Positions 9,164 through 20,252 are shown, counted from the first letter of the stretch. The stretch: DNA of 55,698 nt from Patescibacteria group bacterium (GCA_038057055.1 JBBUDY010000017.1:1-55698); one strand, 5' to 3'. The notes: a model not told the origin generated them from the sequence alone. Made by a program: numbers and translations.

Positions 9164-9928
9164 ATGTTTCTTCTCGGCTCTATTTTCCTGTTCTTTCTCG
9201 GTGCAATTATCGCGAGCTTTATTGGTGTCGTTGTTGTGCGACTTAATACCGGAGGGAGTTTTCTCACCGGTCATTCCCGCTGTGACGCGTGTACCGTGCC
9301 CCTACTGCCTCTTCAGTTGGTGCCGATTTTTTCGTATCTCGCCTCTGGAGGAAATGCGCACTGTTGCGGCACACGCCTCTCTCCACTCGCCCCTCTTTCA
9401 GAATTTCTTCTCGGTGTACTCTTTGTCCTTGCGTATAACATAATCGGTCTTGTGCATGCGCTCCCGTTTATGCTTGCGGCACTTACCACACTGCTTGCGC
9501 TTGTGCTCTATGATCTGGCACATCAGATACTCCCAACGCCACTTCTTATCGTTTTCATTGTGACAAGTGCGCTTTCTGGCTACCTTCTCGCAGATTCTGT
9601 AGGGGCATTTATAAGCTCGGTCTTTGTTGCACTCATTCTCGCTGGTATTCTCGCAGGTATTCATTTTGTATCGCGAGGTCGTGCAATGGGCTTTGCCGAC
9701 GCACCGTTTGTCTTCGGCTGTGCGCTTCTCGTAGGTCCTGCCGCATTGCCTGGTTTTATTTTTTCGTTTTGGATTGGGGCAGGGATTGGGATAGTCCTGT
9801 TGGTTCGTAGGCCACGAGGCTCTAGAATGGGAGTTGAGGTGCCGTTCGCACCCTTTCTGGCTGCAGGATTTCTCCTCGCGTACTTTACCCAATGGAACCC
9901 TTTTACCGTAATCGAGGCTTTACTCTAA
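9164..9928 (+). CDS. pilD: Prepilin peptidase (A24 family, PilD-like)
   Basis: N-terminal Cys motifs (RCDACTV ... HCCGTRLS). Multi-TM body with Asp motifs (LYDLAH, GFADAP). Start moved to MFLLGS because the ORF-track start lies inside the terminator hairpin. Confidence 0.75.
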   Translation: MFLLGSIFLFFLGAIIASFIGVVVVRLNTGGSFLTGHSRCDACTVPLLPLQLVPIFSYLASGGNAHCCGTRLSPLAPLSEFLLGVLFVLAYNIIGLVHALPFMLAALTTLLALVLYDLAHQILPTPLLIVFIVTSALSGYLLADSVGAFISSVFVALILAGILAGIHFVSRGRAMGFADAPFVFGCALLVGPAALPGFIFSFWIGAGIGIVLLVRRPRGSRMGVEVPFAPFLAAGFLLAYFTQWNPFTVIEALL

Positions 9929-10515
9929 TCGAGATGCTCGTCGTGCTTGGAATCATAGCGGCGGTGACGAGTGTTGCGCTTGCGAGCCAAAGTTCTTTCA
10001 ATAGGACGCTGATACTTGCAAACACAGCATACGACATCGCGCTTACCTTGCGTTCTGCTGAAAACTTCGGGATTGGGAGCCGGGCGATTTCTGGTACCGC
10101 GAACGCAGGATACGGTGTCCATTTCCAGAGAGGGACATCTGATTCGTTCCTACTTTTTGCCGATACGTCGCCTGCAAACAATTTTTCGTGCACCAGACCT
10201 GACTGTAGACCGGGAGACCAGCTCTATTCAATTGACGACACGCTTGTGCAGACCTACACACTTGGGAACAACATCATCGTGAGCAATTTCTGTGTCTTCT
10301 CAGATCGATGGCAATGCGCATCGACCGGCGACGTCAGCTCTCTTGATATCGTGTTTGCACGTCCTAATCCGGATGCATCCATACGGACAGATGGTTCGTC
10401 GTATAGTTCTTATACGGCGGCATGTCTTGTTATCAGTTCAGATAGGGGAGGGTTCCGTTTCGTTTCGGTTGAAGCGTCTGGTCAAATAATCCCAGCAGCC
10501 TCTTCATGCCCATAA
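9892..10515 (+). CDS. Prepilin-type minor pilin/pseudopilin
   Basis: Leader MEPFYRNRG then FTLIEMLVVLGIIAAV. Confidence 0.75.
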   Translation: MEPFYRNRGFTLIEMLVVLGIIAAVTSVALASQSSFNRTLILANTAYDIALTLRSAENFGIGSRAISGTANAGYGVHFQRGTSDSFLLFADTSPANNFSCTRPDCRPGDQLYSIDDTLVQTYTLGNNIIVSNFCVFSDRWQCASTGDVSSLDIVFARPNPDASIRTDGSSYSSYTAACLVISSDRGGFRFVSVEASGQIIPAASSCP

Positions 10516-10517
10516 AT

Positions 10518-11969
10518 ATGGAAGCACGAAGCACGAAGCACGAAGCACGAAACGGATACACGCTCATTGAACTCGTTGTTGCAGTTGGGCTGTTTGCATT
10601 GGTCATGACGCTCGCTTCAGGTGCTTACCTCCTCATGATTGACCTCAATCGACAGGCACAGGGTATTGCCACGGGTGTTGATAATCTCTCCTTCGCACTC
10701 GAGACTATGACGCGCAGTATCCGTACCGGTACCGCGTATAGGTGTGGGACCTTGGGAAGTGAGGGTGATTGTCCGGGCGGCGCAAATAGTTTTTCCTTCA
10801 CCGATGCGAGCGGCGCGGACATTACCTACGCACATGGTTTCCAGGCTGACGAGGTGACGGGTGCTATCGTCAAAAATGGCACGATAATTCTCACTGATCC
10901 GTCAGTATCCGTTTCTTCTCTCATGTTTTACGTTTCAGGAACGGCGACGGTCGCTTCTGCCGATTTTGCTCAGCCGTATGTGACCATCATCATTTCGGGT
11001 ACCGTTTCTTCTGGCCCTCGGAAGACTCCCCAAGTCTTTACGGTCGAGACTGGTGCCACCATGCGTGGTATCGACCTCAACATCGCATCAGCGCCGTCTG
11101 AAGACATCCCAACTCCCACGTGCACACTCTCAGCTGATTCTGCCTTTGTTCTACCAGGCGGTTTGCCCAAATTATCTTGGACAACCAGATTCTCAGATTC
11201 AATTTCAATTGATCAAGGTATAGGACCGGTCTCACCAGCCTTTTATGGTTCGGAGGACGCCACTACTCCACTCGCCACCACCACCACCTACACCGCCACC
11301 GCGACAAACAGTGCGGGAGGGTCGGCAACCTGTAGTGCAACGGTGTCGGTATCGGGAGTCGGTTCCTGCTCGGCAACTCACTTCGGTTGTATCAGCGGAA
11401 CTTCCGCTAACAATGTAGAGGACACTAATGTGTGGACGTGGACGTGTACTGGTGCAAATGGTGGCACGACCGTCTCGTGTTCAGAGGAGAAACCGACCAA
11501 TCTGAGCGGCTACGCGTGGTCTCCCCTCATTGGTTGGATTAGTTTCAGCGGTCCCAATTATGGCGTATTAGAAAACAAGACCACCGGAGCGTTGTATGGA
11601 TACGCATGGTCCTCACGTATCGGCTGGATTAGTTTTAATGCATCTGATGGAACGCATACAGCACCGCGCGTTGATTTCACCACGGGGAACATTTCTGGTT
11701 GGGCACGCGCCTGTGCGGCATTCGCTGATAAAACTACGTGCAGTGAACCGCTTGATAGCAAGAGTGGTGGTTGGGATGGCTGGATTGCTCTCTCGGGTAT
11801 TGCTCAAGATGGCTCAAGGTATGGCATTACTCAGAGTTCGACATGTGAATGGACTGGATTTGCATGGGGCTCTACAGGTATTGGCGCGATCAGTGTGCGC
11901 GGCACCGCTGCCGACTATTCTACCTATGGAGTGACCGGAGATGATCCAGCCGCGTGCGCTCCCCACTAA
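10518..11969 (+). CDS. Large prepilin-type minor pilin (candidate tip adhesin) with Ig-like segment and Trp-rich C-terminal repeats
   Basis: Leader MEARSTKHEARNG then YTLIELVVAVGLFALV. C-terminal units GYAWSPLIGWISF, GYAWSSRIGWISF and GFAWGSTGIGAIS. Confidence 0.7.
   Translation: MEARSTKHEARNGYTLIELVVAVGLFALVMTLASGAYLLMIDLNRQAQGIATGVDNLSFALETMTRSIRTGTAYRCGTLGSEGDCPGGANSFSFTDASGADITYAHGFQADEVTGAIVKNGTIILTDPSVSVSSLMFYVSGTATVASADFAQPYVTIIISGTVSSGPRKTPQVFTVETGATMRGIDLNIASAPSEDIPTPTCTLSADSAFVLPGGLPKLSWTTRFSDSISIDQGIGPVSPAFYGSEDATTPLATTTTYTATATNSAGGSATCSATVSVSGVGSCSATHFGCISGTSANNVEDTNVWTWTCTGANGGTTVSCSEEKPTNLSGYAWSPLIGWISFSGPNYGVLENKTTGALYGYAWSSRIGWISFNASDGTHTAPRVDFTTGNISGWARACAAFADKTTCSEPLDSKSGGWDGWIALSGIAQDGSRYGITQSSTCEWTGFAWGSTGIGAISVRGTAADYSTYGVTGDDPAACAPH
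10521..10551 (+). repeat. Heptanucleotide tandem repeat (GAAGCAC) x4 plus a partial copy, inside the leader-peptide codons
   Basis: Perfect copies at 10521, 10528, 10535 and 10542, then GAA. Confidence 0.95.
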
Positions 11970-11979
11970 GTATGTGTTG

Positions 11980-11985
11980 TATACT
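11980..11985 (+). promoter_or_regulatory. -10 box TATACT, 9 nt upstream of the ATG at 11995
   Basis: Read directly in the sequence. Confidence 0.35.
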
Positions 11986-11994
11986 AATTATTGT

Positions 11995-13401
11995 ATGAAC
12001 CTGCGTCGTTTCTTCTCATACTCTTTGGTTGCAGTGGGAGCTCTGATTCTCTCGGCTGGTCTTCAAGTGTACGCTTTTTCAGAACCGAATACGGCCCCTC
12101 CAAACGCCGATGTTGACGCCCCTTTAACCACCGGTGCGACCGAGCAATCAAAGAGTGGCGGTCTGATTCTTAATACTGGCGGTTCCACAAACGGTCTCAT
12201 TGTACAATCCGGTAACGTTGGTGTTGGGACAACAAGCCCCACCGCGCTTCTTGGCATACAAGGAGCGATAGGTGTTAACAGCTCACAACTCTATCTCGCG
12301 GCGAACGGCAAGGTTGGTATCGGAACGACAGTGACGTCGAATAACGAACACACCATTATATATTTGCCAAACAATAAGGATTTGGCTGGTGTTAATTCTG
12401 GGGGAGCTGCGGCTTTTCCGCTTATAGGTATGGGTAGTTCCGATAAGATAACCATTGACCGAGATGCGCTCGGCTCTACATTTGGTGGCAACGTCGGTAT
12501 CGGGACGACCGTGGCGAATGACAAATTAGATGTAGCAGGAAGGATAAGAATTTCAACAAATGCAACTTCTCCAGGGACGAACATAGCATCGATATATAGA
12601 GGAGCAGCGACGGGGCTGACTCTTACCGGAAACACAGCCTCTACGTACTCTTGGGATTTGGTAAATAATTTAGGAAATGATGTGTTATTTAACCCTGTGG
12701 GAACAACCGTAGCGTCATTCGGTGGCAGTGTTGGCATCGGGACGGTAGCACCAGACTTTAAACTCGATGTGTATGGCGCCCTTGGTGCACTCAGGTTGAA
12801 TAATCCTTCCGGAGATTTGGATACTCATCTACAAGTGAAGGATTATCTCTGGCGGCTCATTGTTGGCGGTACCGGTACGAGTTATGGGGTCGGTGCAGGT
12901 GGACTCGGTTTTACCTCTGGCGGTACCTATGCACTGAAACTGTTAGGCAACTATGTCACTGTCCCTTATTCGCTCGGTGTCGGGATGGCGAATAATCCAG
13001 GAACGTATACATTAGCGGTAACCGGCGATGCGTGGGTAACGAGTGGCGCATGGTCGGGATCGGATCTGCGCTGGAAGAAAAACATTCAACCGATAACCGG
13101 TGCTCTAGATACAGTTATGCAACTCTCTGGAGTCTCTTATCTTTGGAGAAAGGATGAATTTCCACAGAATAATTTTGACGACAAAGCCCACTTTGGATTG
13201 ATTGCTCAAGACGTGGAGAAGATAGTACCTGAACTGGTTACAACTGGACCGGATGGCTATAAGGGTATTGATTACAATGGACTCGCGCCCCTGCTTATTG
13301 GGTCTACGCAAGAACTACAGAGAATCATTATGAATCAGCAAAATGAAATAGAAGAGTTGAAGGCAAGAGTGTCTGATTTGGAGAATAAGATGCTGAAGTA
13401 A
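11995..13401 (+). CDS. Secreted tail-fibre-like protein with C-terminal S74 intramolecular-chaperone (endosialidase chaperone) domain
   Basis: Signal/TM segment MNLRRFFSYSLVAVGALILSAG. Repeated G(N/K/S)VG(I/V)GT motifs. C-terminus SDLRWKKNIQP...YLWRKDE...HFGLIAQDVEKIVPELV...IDYNGLAPLLIGSTQEL plus a coiled coil matches the S74 pattern. Confidence 0.8.
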   Translation: MNLRRFFSYSLVAVGALILSAGLQVYAFSEPNTAPPNADVDAPLTTGATEQSKSGGLILNTGGSTNGLIVQSGNVGVGTTSPTALLGIQGAIGVNSSQLYLAANGKVGIGTTVTSNNEHTIIYLPNNKDLAGVNSGGAAAFPLIGMGSSDKITIDRDALGSTFGGNVGIGTTVANDKLDVAGRIRISTNATSPGTNIASIYRGAATGLTLTGNTASTYSWDLVNNLGNDVLFNPVGTTVASFGGSVGIGTVAPDFKLDVYGALGALRLNNPSGDLDTHLQVKDYLWRLIVGGTGTSYGVGAGGLGFTSGGTYALKLLGNYVTVPYSLGVGMANNPGTYTLAVTGDAWVTSGAWSGSDLRWKKNIQPITGALDTVMQLSGVSYLWRKDEFPQNNFDDKAHFGLIAQDVEKIVPELVTTGPDGYKGIDYNGLAPLLIGSTQELQRIIMNQQNEIEELKARVSDLENKMLK

Positions 13402-14014
13402 TGCAGGCTACAATGCAATCTTCTCGTGCCGGGTTCACGCTTATTGAGACCATGGTTGCGATAACCATACTTACGTTTGCAATGGCAGGACCTATGTTTA
13501 CCGCCAGTCGTGCCATTGTTGCGGCACAGACCGCACGCGACCAACTCACTGCCATCTATCTTGCTCAAGAAGGTATCGAACGTGTGCGTGCGATGCGTGA
13601 TAATGCATATTTGGCCGCGTATCATACGGGTGGTGCAGATATCTCGAGCACTGCGTGGAGTGATTTTCTCACCGGGTCAGGTTCCGCATCGATTTCTAGA
13701 TGCATCACATCAAATGACGCACCAAACGCCTGCACGCTCGATTCAGTGGGGGATGGGTCTCTCGAACAATGTATAGCTGCTGATTCCTGTGAACCGTTGT
13801 ACCTTACCGGGTGTACGAATGGTCCAGAGGGGCTCTCCTGTACGCCGCCGAATATGTATACACAGCGCGATCTCCCTGGGAGCGTACTCTCGCCCTTTGT
13901 CCGCACGATCCAAGCGACTATCATTACTCCACATGAAGTAAAAATAGTTTCGACCGTCTCATGGACGTACCACAACACGCCGTATTCTGTGATGGTCTCG
14001 GACCATCTTTCTTC

Positions 14015-14024
<10 letters not shown>
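13401..14024 (+). CDS. Prepilin-type minor pilin
   Basis: Leader MQATMQSSRAG then FTLIETMVAITILT. The ATG overlaps the previous stop (TAATG). Confidence 0.75.
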
Positions 14025-16535
<2,511 letters not shown>

Positions 16536-16541
16536 TACAGT
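16536..16541 (+). promoter_or_regulatory. -10-like box TACAGT (preceded by TGA), 7 nt upstream of the gatC ATG
   Basis: Read directly in the sequence. Confidence 0.3.
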
Positions 16542-16548
16542 AATTCAT

Positions 16549-16872
16549 ATGGCGACTACGGAGGAAGTAAAGAAATTGGCGGCGCTCGCGCGGATTAAGA
16601 TAGGCGATGCGGAGCTTGAGAATTTCACGAGCGAGTTTGACGCGATTCTTGCGTACGTGGGACAGCTTGAGAAACTTGATCTACCAACTGGTTCAGAGAG
16701 AGAGAAGCCACTTTTACACAACGTGATGCGGGAAGACGGCGAGCCGCACGAGGCGGGGAAGTATACCGAGAAGCTTGCAGAGCAATTTCCACAGCGCTCC
16801 TCCTCCGCTGAAGCTACGGAGGACAAGGAGGGCGTATATTTGGAAGTAAAGCAGATTATTACTCATGAGTAA
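16549..16872 (+). CDS. gatC: Glu/Asp-tRNA amidotransferase subunit C
   Basis: N-terminus VKKLAALARIKIGDAELENFTSEFDAILAYVGQL is typical of GatC. Overlaps the gatA start. Confidence 0.85.
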   Translation: MATTEEVKKLAALARIKIGDAELENFTSEFDAILAYVGQLEKLDLPTGSEREKPLLHNVMREDGEPHEAGKYTEKLAEQFPQRSSSAEATEDKEGVYLEVKQIITHE

Positions 16873-18322
16873 GAAGCCAAATGAGATGACGATTGTAGAG
16901 GCTGCCCGCGCGCTGCGCCTGCCTGCGCATGCAGGGCAGGCAGGCGCGCGGGAGTTGACCGTGCGTGAACTCTGGGACGCGTGCGCCGAGGCGGCGCACG
17001 CAAAGAATCCTGAATTGAATGCATTCCTTGAGATTTTTGATATTGATGAAAGAGCAATAGAAGCAGCGCAGATTCGTATTGATACGGAGAAAGATGCGGC
17101 ACCGCTTCTCTGCGGCATTCCGCTCGCAATCAAAGACAATATTTTGATAGAGGGGAAGATTGCGAGTGCCGCGAGCAAGATGCTCGAGAATTATACAGCG
17201 ACCTATGACGCCACGGTTATTAAAAAGCTGAAGGAGGCGGGAGCGCTTTTTGTCGGTCGCACCAACATGGACGAGTTCGCAATGGGCTCTTCAACCGAGC
17301 ATTCTGCCTACGGCGCAACCAAGAATCCACACGACACCTCCCGTGTGCCGGGCGGCTCCTCCGGCGGCTCCGCCGCCGCTGTTGCCGCGCACCTGTGTAT
17401 TGCCGCGCTCGGTACCGACACAGGCGGCTCCGTACGCCAACCAGCAGCACTCACGGGTCTTGTGGGGCTCAAGCCGACCTATGGCGCCGTCTCGCGCTCG
17501 GGGCTCATCGCGATGGGCTCATCGCTCGACCAGGTCGGCCCGCTCACGAAGTCAGTTGAAGACGCGAAGATCCTTTTTGATGCCATTTGCGGTCAAGATG
17601 TGCTCGACGCAACGACTATTCCAGCTAATCTCTATCCTGCTTATGAGGTTCAAAAAAAATTGCGCATCGGGATGCCGCGACACCTACTTGAAAAGGGAAT
17701 TGATGCAGATGTGTCAGCAGCCTTTGATGCAACGCTAGAGAAGCTTGCGGGAGAAGGGCACACAATCGTCGATGTTGCATTGCCGACCAGCGAATACGCG
17801 CTTGCAGCGTACTACGTCATTATGCCGGCCGAAGTATCGGCGAATCTTGCACGTCTCGACGGTATCCGCTACGGCCACGCTGTGCGCGGCAAAACATTGC
17901 TCGATGATTACATTAATTCTCGTACTGAAGGCTTTGGCGAAGAAACGCGCCGCCGCATCTTGCTTGGCACCTTCGTGCTCTCTTCTGGCTATATTGATGC
18001 CTATTACCGCAAGGCAGACGCGGCACGCGCGATACTGCGTCGCGAATATGGGAGAGCATTTGAATCGTGTGATGTAATCGCATTCCCGACGACGCTCTCT
18101 CCCGCCTTTAAGTTTGGCGAGAAGGGAGATCCGGTGGCCATGTATCTCGAAGACATTTTCACCGTGACCGCGAACCTCACCGGTATGCCAGCAATCTCGG
18201 TGCCGATGAATATGGTAGAAAAAGAGGGCAAGAAACTTCCAGTCGGCATCCACTTCACCGCGCCACATCAAGCAGAAGAAACTCTTTTTACTATCGGTGA
18301 AGCAGTACAGCGTACTTCGTAG
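16865..18322 (+). CDS. gatA: Glu/Asp-tRNA amidotransferase subunit A (amidase signature family)
   Basis: Amidase signature GGSSGGSAAAVA. About 485 aa. Follows gatC. Confidence 0.95.
   Translation: MSKKPNEMTIVEAARALRLPAHAGQAGARELTVRELWDACAEAAHAKNPELNAFLEIFDIDERAIEAAQIRIDTEKDAAPLLCGIPLAIKDNILIEGKIASAASKMLENYTATYDATVIKKLKEAGALFVGRTNMDEFAMGSSTEHSAYGATKNPHDTSRVPGGSSGGSAAAVAAHLCIAALGTDTGGSVRQPAALTGLVGLKPTYGAVSRSGLIAMGSSLDQVGPLTKSVEDAKILFDAICGQDVLDATTIPANLYPAYEVQKKLRIGMPRHLLEKGIDADVSAAFDATLEKLAGEGHTIVDVALPTSEYALAAYYVIMPAEVSANLARLDGIRYGHAVRGKTLLDDYINSRTEGFGEETRRRILLGTFVLSSGYIDAYYRKADAARAILRREYGRAFESCDVIAFPTTLSPAFKFGEKGDPVAMYLEDIFTVTANLTGMPAISVPMNMVEKEGKKLPVGIHFTAPHQAEETLFTIGEAVQRTS
16915..16947. repeat. 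GC-rich palindromic element, long variant (GCGCCTGCCTGC-GCATGCAGG-GCAGGCAGGCGC), in-frame inside gatA
   Basis: 12-nt arms are perfectly complementary. 33 nt equals 11 codons and encodes LPAHAGQAGA. Confidence 0.9.
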
Positions 18323-18336
18323 CTTTAGCGAAGTAG

Positions 18337-18342
18337 TATACT
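18337..18342 (+). promoter_or_regulatory. -10 box TATACT, 8 nt upstream of the ATG at 18351
   Basis: Read directly in the sequence. Confidence 0.35.
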
Positions 18343-18350
18343 AGGTGTAT

Positions 18351-18923
18351 ATGCTGGGATTGCAGACAAACACTGAATACTTCTTTCGTCTGCTCTATGA
18401 ATGTTTGCACGGTGCGTGCTATGGCTCGATGGCAGGTGTCTCTGCATTTCTCTCGCACCTCTGGCTCTGGATTATTTTCATCGGATATGCATTTTCAGTC
18501 ATAGGGCTTTTTATCATTGTCTACTGCACCATGCGCCTCTTTGAATTGTGCAAACGTGAAGAAGAATTTTATAGCACCCTTATTGTGCCGCCAGACGCGA
18601 AAGGCGGTATGCATCCGCGTTGGGAACATATTCAATCGCTTCTTGAGGGCAATAGCCCGAGTGAGTGGCGGGAAGCAATTATTGAAGCTGATATCATGCT
18701 CGATGATGTCTTGGCGAAGCACGGCTACGAAGGCGACGGAGTGGGGGAGAAATTGAAGAGGGCCGACAAAGAGACGTTCAAGACACTCCAAAACGCCTGG
18801 GAGGCGCACAAAGTACGCAACCTCATCGCGCATCAGGGCTCTTCTTTCGATCTCTCCGAAAGCATCGCGGGCCGCACCATACAGCATTACGAAGCCGTGT
18901 TCAGAGAGTTTAAGGTGATATAG
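18351..18923 (+). CDS. Hypothetical membrane protein
   Basis: ORF with one or two TM helices (LWLWIIFIGYAFSVIGLFIIVY) and a soluble C-terminal domain. No recognisable motif. Confidence 0.4.
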   Translation: MLGLQTNTEYFFRLLYECLHGACYGSMAGVSAFLSHLWLWIIFIGYAFSVIGLFIIVYCTMRLFELCKREEEFYSTLIVPPDAKGGMHPRWEHIQSLLEGNSPSEWREAIIEADIMLDDVLAKHGYEGDGVGEKLKRADKETFKTLQNAWEAHKVRNLIAHQGSSFDLSESIAGRTIQHYEAVFREFKVI

Positions 18924-18960
18924 GTTGCGCGATTCATTCATACAGGTGTAGTATTCGAAT

Positions 18961-19031
18961 AGCGGGGTAGAGGAGAGGTACCTCGGGAGGCTCATAACCT
19001 CCAGACGCCGGTTCGATTCCGGCCCCCGCAA
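18961..19031 (+). tRNA. tRNA-Met (anticodon CAU), initiator-type features; CCA not encoded
   Basis: D stem GAGG/CCTC with A11:U24. Anticodon stem GGAGG/CCTCC with loop CTCATAA. T arm GCCGG-TTCGATT-CCGGC. Acceptor AGCGGGG/CCCCGCA with an unpaired 1:72 position (A.A). The ends resemble the E. coli initiator tRNA (GCGGGG...CCGGCCCCCGCAA). Confidence 0.8.
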
Positions 19032-19158
19032 CACGGTTGTGAGCTTGTGTCAAGTACCGTCCCCCATCAGAATTCTCTGAAAACGGGTACAGTACCGACA
19101 GGCATGAAGCTCCGAAAAGAACACAGAAGCCGCGACATATGTCGCGGCTTCTGTGTTT
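19011..19158 (+). repeat. att-like repeat copy A (tRNA-Met 3' part plus downstream block ending in a terminator hairpin)
   Basis: Shares GCAACACGGTTGTGA, AGTACCG and GTACAGTACCG.CAGGCAT with copies B and C. Ends with the hairpin ACACAGAAGCCGCGAC-ATAT-GTCGCGGCTTCTGTGT (19121-19156). Confidence 0.7.
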
Positions 19159-19193
19159 GCCCAGGCAACGGTATACTGGGATTAAGAAAGAAT

Positions 19194-19829
19194 ATGAAAA
19201 CCATCTATTTCATTCGTCACGGAGAAAGCGAAGGCAATACAGGTCCGGTGCGACAAGATGGTTTCAGCTCACTTTCTGATCGTGGTCGCGAGCAAGCAGC
19301 ATTCATGGCCGAGCGTTGTTCCAAATTTCCTATAGACATCTTGGTAGCGAGCACGATGACTAGAGCGCAACAGACGGCGACGATAATCGGAGAGAAAATT
19401 GGGAAGGAAGTAGTGTCATCAGAGTTTTTCACGGAGCGACGTCGGCCATCAGCTCAAACGGGGAAGCCAAAGGAAGATCCAGAAGCTTTGATTATTGATA
19501 AGGAGATATGGAATAACTTCGGCACTGCCGGGTACCGACATTCGGATGAGGAGAATTTTGAGGATTTACGTGACCGAGCACAGCAAGCGCTTCAATTTCT
19601 AGCGAATCGTTCCGAAGAGAATATCGCGGTTGTAACGCACGGTTTCTTTATGCGTATCGTCGTGGCGTACGTCGTATTTAAGGAACGACTTACTGGGAAG
19701 GAGTGTGAGTTATTTATGCGTACGTTCCACATGGAGAACACCGGGCTTACGATTATAAAATATGTTGGCCCAGACAAGGAGCCGCCGTGGTGGGTGTGGA
19801 CGTGGAATGACCACACGCATCTGGGGTAG
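19194..19829 (+). CDS. Histidine phosphatase family protein (phosphoglycerate mutase-like)
   Basis: N-terminal catalytic motif IYFIRHGESEGN. Start set at MKTIYF. Confidence 0.8.
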   Translation: MKTIYFIRHGESEGNTGPVRQDGFSSLSDRGREQAAFMAERCSKFPIDILVASTMTRAQQTATIIGEKIGKEVVSSEFFTERRRPSAQTGKPKEDPEALIIDKEIWNNFGTAGYRHSDEENFEDLRDRAQQALQFLANRSEENIAVVTHGFFMRIVVAYVVFKERLTGKECELFMRTFHMENTGLTIIKYVGPDKEPPWWVWTWNDHTHLG

Positions 19830-19838
19830 TATGAATGC

Positions 19839-20252
19839 ATGAACGATTACTCGAAATTCTTAGTCAAAGAATATACACACTGGCTCGTGAACGTTCACGA
19901 GAATCAAGGCTATCTCGGCAGGTGCATCGTATGGTGCAAAAGGGAAGATGCTCTCGATCTAGCGGATGCTACTGAAGCAGAGCAAAAGGAACTCATCACT
20001 ATCATTGGCGAAGTGCGAGAAGCCACGAAACGAGCATTCCAAGCTGACTGGTTCAACTACGCATTCCTCGGTAACGGAACACGTCATCTCCATGGGCATT
20101 TCATTCCGCGCTACTCGACTGCGCGTGAATTTGAAGGAGTGACTTTCACTGACGAGATGTGGGGACACAACTATAGAACTGATCACGCGTTCGTTACGCC
20201 TCCCGAAGTTTTGGATGCGGTGAAGGATAAATTGAAAGCCGAGCTACAGTAA
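19839..20252 (+). CDS. HIT family nucleotide hydrolase/transferase
   Basis: Histidine triad HLHGHFIPRY. Confidence 0.75.
   Translation: MNDYSKFLVKEYTHWLVNVHENQGYLGRCIVWCKREDALDLADATEAEQKELITIIGEVREATKRAFQADWFNYAFLGNGTRHLHGHFIPRYSTAREFEGVTFTDEMWGHNYRTDHAFVTPPEVLDAVKDKLKAELQ

Noticed and set aside
11270-11300. ACC/CCA-rich microrepeat encoding a TTTTYT tract in the large minor pilin.
   Set aside because: The unit length is 3, so slippage would be frame-neutral, and the tract is short. It is simply a Thr-rich linker, unlike the heptamer tract at 10521.
16800-16872. Apparent C-terminal extension of GatC (SSSAEATEDKEGVYLEVKQIITHE).
   Set aside because: It could be genuine lineage-specific sequence. 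I saw no repeat, frameshift or palindrome signal there, so nothing supports an insertion or an annotation error.
18495-19034. 179-aa minus-strand ORF spanning the tRNA-Met gene and the 3' end of the membrane protein gene.
   Set aside because: It overlaps a well-folding tRNA and a better-supported plus-strand CDS, and it has no motif support.
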